A stretch of DNA of 16,000 nt, taken from contig NZ_JHVJ01000026.1 of assembly GCF_000620085.1 (NCBI RefSeq), forward strand, positions 52,248 through 68,247, in the 5' to 3' direction. This stretch comes from Marinobacterium jannaschii DSM 6295 (GTDB lineage Bacteria > Pseudomonadota > Gammaproteobacteria > Pseudomonadales > Balneatricaceae). The notes beneath the pieces were generated by a model, which ran no database searches, was not told the origin of the DNA, and worked only from the letters and a program-made list of their open reading frames with translations. Each line of letters starts with the position of its first letter. Position 1 is the first letter of the stretch. Below are positions 8,493-16,000 of this stretch, piece by piece. A program made the position numbers and the translations under genes.

Positions 8493-10238
8493 ATGCCTCA
8501 CAGCAAAAACTATAGCTACTATAATCTGCCACTGATCCTGCTGTTTTTGCTGGCCGTGAGCATCCTTACCATATTAGCGATTAGTAGTATAGAAAGGGAG
8601 ACCAAGGAGCAGGTTAAGGAATCTCTGAATACGGTGTTACAGATCACCCTCAACACCTATCAGACCTCGATAGAGCGCCGCAAGCGGGATGTTGCCGAGA
8701 TAGCCATGTCGGATAGCGTGGTTCATATCAGCCAGTCACTGTTACAGAACAACCTCAGCGAACGCCCGATACTATTGAGACGAGTGCAACAGATCATGCG
8801 ACCCAAGCTGGGCCGGGAAAATGATCTCAGCTTCGCCATCATCTCACCACAGCGTATTAATATCGGCGTATCTGACGCGGCAAGCCTTGGCCGTAAAAGC
8901 CTGATCCATCTGCAACGCCCGGACTATCTGACACGCGCCTTTGCCGGCGAAACGATGTTTATACCCACGCTGATCTCCCACCCATTAAATACTGCAGGTG
9001 AGTCACAAAGCCGGCTCGGTGTATTTGTCGCAGCCCCGATTAAAACAGCAGGCAAAGTCATTGCTGTCCTGGCCGTACAGCTTAACCTGAGCGATTTCGT
9101 CACCCGGATTACCGCACTTGCCAGACTAGGGAAGTCGGGCGAAACCTATGCCTTTGATCGCAACGGTATGCTCATTACTGAAAGCCGCTTTGACCATCAA
9201 CTAAGGAAGATCGGCCTGATAGGCCGTGATGAGAAGAGTATTTTCAGGATTCGCATCGCAGACCCGGGGGGGAATATGCTGGAAGGTTATCGTCCCGAGC
9301 TGACAGCCTCTGAAAGACCCCTTACATTGATGGCCGGCGACGCCGTGCGCCGTAAAGCCGGGTTTAATCTCAACGGCTACCGTGACTACCGTGGCGTCAA
9401 TGTGTTCGGTGCCTGGCTGTGGGATGAAAGCCTTGGTTTCGGTATCACCACTGAAATCGATGTCGACGAAGCCCTCAGACCCTTCTTTCAGACCCGGCTG
9501 ATCATTATCGGCGTCCTCAGCATCACGATCATGATGGCCCTTGGCTTGATGGTACATGTAAACCGGATTCAGGGAGCCCGGAAGCGTGAACTGCAGGAAG
9601 CCCACGGGATGCTGGAACAAAGGGTTGCAGACCGCACCTGGGAGCTGAATGAAGTCCGCCGCTCGCTTGAGTTCGCTAATCGTGAACTGGAGATCCAGGC
9701 GAAGACCGACGGCCTGACAGGGCTGGCAAATCGCCGCAGTTTCGACCAGCACCTGCAAAGTGAATGGCTGCGCTGTCGCCGTGACCAATCCAGTTTGGGC
9801 ATCATCCTGCTGGATATCGATTACTTCAAAAACTATAACGATCGGTACGGTCATCCATCGGGCGACAGCTGCCTTAAGACAATCGCAGGGGTATTGCGGA
9901 AGCAGCAGTCCAACCGCCGGCCGGGCGACCTGATTGCCCGCTATGGCGGCGAAGAGTTTGTCATTATCCTGCCAGCAGCGAGCGATAGCCATGTTGGCAG
10001 CGTGTGTGAGCAGCTGCGCAGCGATATCGAACGACTGCAGATTCAACATGAAGCCAGTAAACTGGCTGAAAAAGTGGTAACCGTCAGCATCGGCTATGCA
10101 ATTGAGCACCAGTTTCACGACAGTCACGCCCATACATTGCTAAGCCTTGCTGACCAGGCGCTGTATCAGGCTAAAGATGCCGGCAGGAATTGTGTGATTG
10201 GTGCGACTGCCTGTATCGATAGCGAAGAGGAAGTTTAG
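8493..10238 (+). CDS. Diguanylate cyclase with an N-terminal TM helix, a periplasmic double-Cache-like sensor, a second TM helix, a coiled-coil linker and a GGDEF domain (GGEEF), 581 aa
   Basis: TM1 is LPLILLFLLAVSILTILAISS. The roughly 300-aa periplasmic region has Cache-like features (GETYAFDRNGMLITESRF, YRDYRGVNVFGAW). TM2 is LIIIGVLSITIMMALGLMV, followed by a coiled coil. The GGDEF domain shows DGLTGLANRRSF, LLDIDYFKNYNDRYGHPSGD, GGEEF at 9945-9959 and a canonical I-site RPGD at 9918-9929, five residues upstream. The SD is weak. Confidence 0.85.
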   Translation: MPHSKNYSYYNLPLILLFLLAVSILTILAISSIERETKEQVKESLNTVLQITLNTYQTSIERRKRDVAEIAMSDSVVHISQSLLQNNLSERPILLRRVQQIMRPKLGRENDLSFAIISPQRINIGVSDAASLGRKSLIHLQRPDYLTRAFAGETMFIPTLISHPLNTAGESQSRLGVFVAAPIKTAGKVIAVLAVQLNLSDFVTRITALARLGKSGETYAFDRNGMLITESRFDHQLRKIGLIGRDEKSIFRIRIADPGGNMLEGYRPELTASERPLTLMAGDAVRRKAGFNLNGYRDYRGVNVFGAWLWDESLGFGITTEIDVDEALRPFFQTRLIIIGVLSITIMMALGLMVHVNRIQGARKRELQEAHGMLEQRVADRTWELNEVRRSLEFANRELEIQAKTDGLTGLANRRSFDQHLQSEWLRCRRDQSSLGIILLDIDYFKNYNDRYGHPSGDSCLKTIAGVLRKQQSNRRPGDLIARYGGEEFVIILPAASDSHVGSVCEQLRSDIERLQIQHEASKLAEKVVTVSIGYAIEHQFHDSHAHTLLSLADQALYQAKDAGRNCVIGATACIDSEEEV

Positions 10239-10606
10239 AACTCCGCTTTAGCCCTGCGAATTAACATTGAGTTTTTCTAAACCTATACTGTAATCAGTTA
10301 TGGCACCGGCCTGTTTATTGCCGTTTCACTATGCGTACCAAATCAGACCAGGTTAAATCAGGCCACTGCCAGAAGAACGCCATTAACTGTTGCAGAAGAT
10401 GCTTCAATTCGTTTATAGCTTGTTAACCCTGATTTACAGATACACAACCATTCTCTGAAGAGTAAGGTACTTCTTATCTCCCGCTAAAAATTAGAAAGTC
10501 ATTTACATTATGACTGCATTATATAACACAGCCATATCAGCTTAATATTTCACAGCTTAAGGCCACTGATAGTGCGCCCAGAAATCGCATAAACAGACGC
10601 ATATAA

Positions 10607-12934
<2,328 letters not shown>

Positions 12935-12967
12935 TTAACTACCGGCCCACCTAAAGCACCACTGTGG

Positions 12968-13309
12968 CTAATGACCATCCGCCAGCGCCCTGATCGCATT
13001 CCGAACGCTGGCAAAACTGATCTTAGCCACGCAGCAGTCTCCCTGCGCCGAAAAATGCTGTCTCATCATCCGCAGCACCTCCTCCCGACAGAGCAACTGC
13101 TCTGTCGGAACCCACCGAGTAACGCGGTCCCGATCAACAAGCACCCGGTATACCCTACCCGCCGAGTCGATCAGCCTGTCATCCGGGGTGAACGGAGTCC
13201 CGACCAGCTCCGGATCGCTATCCAGCTGTTGCTGCGATTTAACCGGCAGCAATTCATCCACTCCCACAAAGCTGATAACGCCGGGCCATTCAGGTTGAAC
13301 ATCTTCCAC
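12968..13309 (-). CDS. Hypothetical small soluble protein, 113 aa, GTG start. It may belong to a DUF4144-like family, but that is from memory and unverified.
   Basis: The composition is protein-like (acidic N-terminal half, ...LIDSAGRVYRVLVDRDRVTRWVPTEQLLCREEVLRMMRQHF...), unlike the overlapping plus-strand ORF. The start codon is GTG (cac at 13307-13309) with only a weak GAAGAG SD, so the exact start is uncertain. Confidence 0.55.
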   Translation of the reverse strand: MEDVQPEWPGVISFVGVDELLPVKSQQQLDSDPELVGTPFTPDDRLIDSAGRVYRVLVDRDRVTRWVPTEQLLCREEVLRMMRQHFSAQGDCCVAKISFASVRNAIRALADGH

Positions 13310-13457
13310 TACGACTACTCTTCTGTTTTTCCGATGCGCAGTACCATAGCAGATTTCCCCTGCCCTCTTCTCCCCGTCAGGCCTGGCTTATTCAACAGGG
13401 GGGCATTCAGAGCATTGCTTGTCGCTGACTCAACCTCGCTGCTCGTTGATTTACCAA

Positions 13458-13486
13458 TTGACAGACCTGAGCCTCCCGACTAGGAT
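13458..13486 (+). promoter_or_regulatory. Sigma70-like promoter candidate for the unknown-protein/TetR operon
   Basis: TTGACA (13458-13463), a 17-nt spacer, then TAGGAT (13481-13486; 4/6 match to TATAAT). It lies about 86 nt upstream of the ATG at 13572. Confidence 0.4.
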
Positions 13487-13493
13487 TTCACCA

Positions 13494-13513
13494 ACCGTAC
13501 CGAACGGTACGGT
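13494..13513. promoter_or_regulatory. Perfect 20-bp palindrome, candidate operator for the downstream TetR-family regulator
   Basis: ACCGTACCG-AA-CGGTACGGT: 9-bp arms, perfectly complementary, with a 2-bp centre. It starts 8 nt after the putative -10 and so covers the expected transcription start. Size and symmetry are typical of TetR-family operators. Confidence 0.5.
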
Positions 13514-13545
13514 ACGTATTTTCGAACAAACCGGCTCTTAAACTT

Positions 13546-13565
13546 TATCCGGTATTAGCCGGATA
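13546..13565 (+). promoter_or_regulatory. Leader hairpin immediately upstream of the 13572 start codon
   Basis: TATCCGG (13546-13552) / CCGGATA (13559-13565) with a 6-nt loop, ending 6 nt before the ATG. No SD precedes that ATG. Confidence 0.3.
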
Positions 13566-13571
13566 CAGCAC

Positions 13572-14432
13572 ATGAAGGACTATGTTGTGAAGAAAGTGAT
13601 CACCCGCGCATCTATCGGAATCATCGCCCTGGCCGGTGGTTCTCTGGTTTATAACAATTATCAGACCCGTAGCCACCTGACGGAGTATCACCAGAAGTTG
13701 CATACAACAGCCTTTGCATCTGCCCCGACCTGGCAACTGGCAAAAACGCTACCCGCCCCCGTTGAGCGTTATATCCGGTTTACCTTCCCGAACGGAGTGC
13801 CTGCTCTGGCCGTCACCGAGGTGACAATGAGAGGCGACTTTCGTCTACCGCAGCATCAGGACTTCAACCCGACAACCGCCCGGCAAAGCCTGTCACCGGC
13901 TCTGCCTGCTCTGGTATTTGAAGCCAAAACACCGATCTATCCCGGCATCTGGGCGCTGGCCTATGACGCCTACCTTAACGGTGAGATGGAGATGAAAGCC
14001 AAGCTGTTTGCTGCCCTGACCGTCATGGATCAACCCCAGAGCGTGGAGCTGAACCGTATCAGTCTGCGTCGCTGGCTGCTGGAATCGCCGCTGTATCCGC
14101 AGGCATTGCTGCCCGGGAAATACACCCGCTGGGAAGCGATCGACAATACCCATGCCCGCGTGATCGCAGAATATCAGGGACTGCGCACCAGCATGATTGC
14201 AGAGATCGATAACGAAGGACGGCTGAGCAGTCTGCGCGCAGAGAACGATGGCGACCTGAACACCCCCTATCACGGCTCAGGGGAATACGCGGCCCGCTCC
14301 GACTACCGCCTGATCAATGGTATGATGATTCCGCACAAATTCACCATCGCCCGCCATGCCAGGGGAGTTGACTACCCGTTCTGGCGCGGCGAGCTAACCA
14401 GTTATTCTGCCAGTCTCTATCCGCAGCAATAA
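13572..14432 (+). CDS. Membrane-anchored protein of unknown function, 286 aa, with one N-terminal TM helix and a roughly 250-aa soluble domain. It is possibly DUF6544-like, from memory. The alternative start is GTG at 13587.
   Basis: This is a long ORF with normal composition. It has an N-terminal anchor (ASIGIIALAGGSLVY) and no catalytic motif I recognise. AAGGA at 13575-13579 sits 7 nt before the GTG at 13587, making that the better-supported start. The stop is 16 nt before the TetR gene, on the same strand. Confidence 0.75.
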   Translation: MKDYVVKKVITRASIGIIALAGGSLVYNNYQTRSHLTEYHQKLHTTAFASAPTWQLAKTLPAPVERYIRFTFPNGVPALAVTEVTMRGDFRLPQHQDFNPTTARQSLSPALPALVFEAKTPIYPGIWALAYDAYLNGEMEMKAKLFAALTVMDQPQSVELNRISLRRWLLESPLYPQALLPGKYTRWEAIDNTHARVIAEYQGLRTSMIAEIDNEGRLSSLRAENDGDLNTPYHGSGEYAARSDYRLINGMMIPHKFTIARHARGVDYPFWRGELTSYSASLYPQQ

Positions 14433-14448
14433 GCATCAGGGATCTAAT

Positions 14449-15033
14449 GTGTCGAAACGGGATCAGTTAATCAGTGCCGCGATGGCATTGCTGGTCGAAC
14501 AGGGAAACATGGCGTTCAGCATGAACGCCCTCGCCCGTCACGCCAGCGCATCTAAAGAAACCCTCTATCGCCATTTTGGCAATAAGCAGGGTCTGTTTGA
14601 AGCGATCGTCAGTGCCAACGCCGATCAGGCAGGACTGCTACAGGACTTCGTAGCCGACAACCCGGCCAACCCAGAAGGCTTTCTGCTGCAGTTCGGTGAG
14701 ACCCTGCTGCGCTTCCTGATGAGTCCGGGCTCCATCGTGATTAACCGCATCGTGATTGCAGAAGCCGCCAGCACACCGGAGCTGGCGGCCATACTCGAAA
14801 GCCACGGTCGCCAGCGCGTTGCTCAAGCCGTCAGTGAACAGTTCGCAAGTTACCATCAGCAGGGACTGATTAGTGAGACAGCCGCGACCTCACTGAATAT
14901 CTTTATCGGCCTGTTGCTTCAGGACAGTCAGATAAAGGTTCTGGATGGGTCTATCAATCCACTTGGCCCAGCAGACATTGCTGACCGGGCTAAGGAGGCT
15001 GCCCGCTGCTATATGAAACTGTTTAAAGATTAA
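14449..15033 (+). CDS. TetR/AcrR-family transcriptional regulator, 194 aa, GTG start
   Basis: The N-terminal HTH signature is RDQLISAAMALLVEQGNMAFSMNALARHASASKETLYRHFGNKQGLFEAIV (the T-[LI]-Y-x-[HY]-F-x-[SN]-K motif). An all-helical C-terminal ligand domain follows. Confidence 0.9.
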   Translation: MSKRDQLISAAMALLVEQGNMAFSMNALARHASASKETLYRHFGNKQGLFEAIVSANADQAGLLQDFVADNPANPEGFLLQFGETLLRFLMSPGSIVINRIVIAEAASTPELAAILESHGRQRVAQAVSEQFASYHQQGLISETAATSLNIFIGLLLQDSQIKVLDGSINPLGPADIADRAKEAARCYMKLFKD

Positions 15034-15136
15034 TAGCGTCATCCATGCTGATCGCTTTACCTCGGGCAGGACGCTAACAAAGATGCCGTCAGATGCGCCG
15101 GCATCACAGCGGCTTAGTTTGCCTGCTCGTCTACCT

Positions 15137-15179
15137 AAAATTTTCAGGGAAATGCACTCAAGCCGGCTTAGCCTGAAAA
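15137..15179 (-). terminator. Compound stem-loop, possible terminator for the small minus-strand ORF
   Basis: TTTTCAGG (15141-15148) pairs with CCTGAAAA (15172-15179) and encloses the inner palindrome AAGCCGGCTT (15160-15169). On the minus strand the structure is followed by UUUU. The outer stem is AT-rich, so this is weak. Confidence 0.3.
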
Positions 15180-15243
15180 GAACTGGCGATTAGACCCGGT
15201 TGCTCAGGATTTCAGCGGCCAGGTTAATATGCCGTGCCGGCAC

Positions 15244-15348
15244 CTACTTCTGCCGTAATAACTCGATCGCCGATCCGGCAATCAAACCCCAGCCAACAAT
15301 AACCCCAGCCCCCAGACCTAACACTGAAACCACGACGATTGCCTCCAT
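15244..15348 (-). CDS. Small hydrophobic protein, 34 aa (MEAIVVVSVLGLGAGVIVGWGLIAGSAIELLRQK). It falls below the size cutoff of the ORF track.
   Basis: I translated this by hand from the complement. The ATG is at 15346-15348 (cat on the plus strand) and the TAG stop at 15244-15246. AAGGAG (complement of 15355-15360) lies exactly 6 nt upstream of the ATG. The peptide has a single predicted TM helix with a small-xxx-small glycine pattern and a basic C-terminal tail. Confidence 0.45.
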   Translation of the reverse strand: MEAIVVVSVLGLGAGVIVGWGLIAGSAIELLRQK

Positions 15349-15660
15349 GGCTCGCTCCTTGTTTTTGTTTTACGTATATATAGGTCTAGTAGAAAATCCT
15401 TATTTTTCAATAAACTGGTCGATATTCAGGCAACAAGGGCCAATACGGCACAACGGCCACGCCAATTATTATGAAGAATTCGGTGAAAGTAACTGGGCGC
15501 TACAATAGCGGACCAGATCGGCACAGAAGGTTAATAGAGTGCAGGTCAACATATCAGCAGGCTGGAGGAGCTCACAGGAGGGTGCCATATAAGGCAATGG
15601 TGTAGTGCGCACTCTGACAGGAACGGATAAATAGCAAGCACCGGTTTACGGGCCGGAAAC

Positions 15661-15697
15661 AAAAAAACCCGCGGGCTTGCGCCAGCGGGTTTTTTAT
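15661..15697 (-). terminator. Strong rho-independent terminator of the EF-G gene, bidirectional in architecture
   Basis: AAAAAAACCCGCGGGCTTGCGCCAGCGGGTTTTTTAT. The GC-rich stem (CCCGC...GCGGG with inner GGC/GCC pairs) is flanked by A7 on one side and T6 on the other. It lies 21 nt after the TAA stop (15718-15720, complement). Confidence 0.8.
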
Positions 15698-15717
15698 CAA
15701 AGACACTTAAGTATTAA

Positions 15718-16000
15718 TTACTTAGCTTCTTTTTTCGCTTTTTCGTCAGCGATTACCTGCTCTGCCACATTCATTGGGCAAGGCATGTAGTGGCCGAATT
15801 CCATGGAGAACTGACCACGACCGGAAGTAATCGTACGCAGGTGACCGATGTAACCGAACATCTCGGACAGAGGTACATCTGCTTTGATACGTACGCCAGT
15901 GGACGCGGATTCCTGATCCTTGATCATGCCACGACGACGGTTCAGGTCACCGATTACATCACCAACGTTGTCGTCTGGAGTGAAGACGTCAACTTTCATG
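15718..16000 (-). CDS. fusA: Translation elongation factor G, C-terminal domain V region. The gene continues beyond the window.
   Basis: ...[56 protein letters not shown]... aligns with E. coli EF-G ...[56 protein letters not shown].... The ORF is open to the window edge. Confidence 0.95.
   Translation of the reverse strand, partial: MKVDVFTPDDNVGDVIGDLNRRRGMIKDQESASTGVRIKADVPLSEMFGYIGHLRTITSGRGQFSMEFGHYMPCPMNVAEQVIADEKAKKEAK

Noticed and set aside
12971-13483. 170-aa plus-strand ORF overlapping the 113-aa minus-strand gene
   Set aside because: The translation is Arg, Pro and His rich and has low complexity. It has no SD and runs through the promoter region of the next operon. The minus-strand frame is much more protein-like.
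15200-15508. 102-aa plus-strand ORF between the TetR gene and EF-G
   Set aside because: It uses a non-ATG start and has no SD. Its composition is odd and it runs antisense to the small ORF that does have a consensus SD. It is likely a shadow frame.

Overview
The window looks like ordinary chromosomal DNA, probably from a gammaproteobacterium, judged from recalled similarity of the encoded proteins to E. coli and Vibrio homologues. It is dominated by envelope, redox and signalling genes. In order: the 3' part of an NSS-family sodium symporter (+); an MscS-family mechanosensitive channel with a long periplasmic coiled-coil domain (-); zntB (-); a translationally coupled cytochrome b562 / membrane cytochrome b pair (-); two tandem periplasmic-sensor diguanylate cyclases (+), one 7TMR-DISM type and one double-Cache type; a signal-peptide-bearing KatP-like catalase-peroxidase (+); a small hypothetical gene (-); a two-gene operon of a membrane-anchored unknown protein plus a TetR regulator (+); and the 3' end of an EF-G gene with a strong bidirectional terminator (-). 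I found no tRNA, rRNA, CRISPR array, transposase, integrase, phage gene or recognisable defence or toxin gene, so I cannot honestly claim a clear novel multi-gene system. Six things deserve a second look: (1) an unlisted 34-codon hydrophobic ORF with a near-consensus Shine-Dalgarno in the otherwise empty 680 bp before EF-G; (2) a perfect 20-bp palindrome on the predicted start site of the unknown-protein/TetR operon; (3) a 524-bp divergent intergenic region with a long stop-free frame that does not look protein-like; (4) the b562/b-type cytochrome module with an unusual terminal Cys pair; (5) the exported KatG; (6) the long AT-rich leaders of the second diguanylate cyclase and of katG. All functional calls rest on recalled family signatures read by eye. 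No database search was run.
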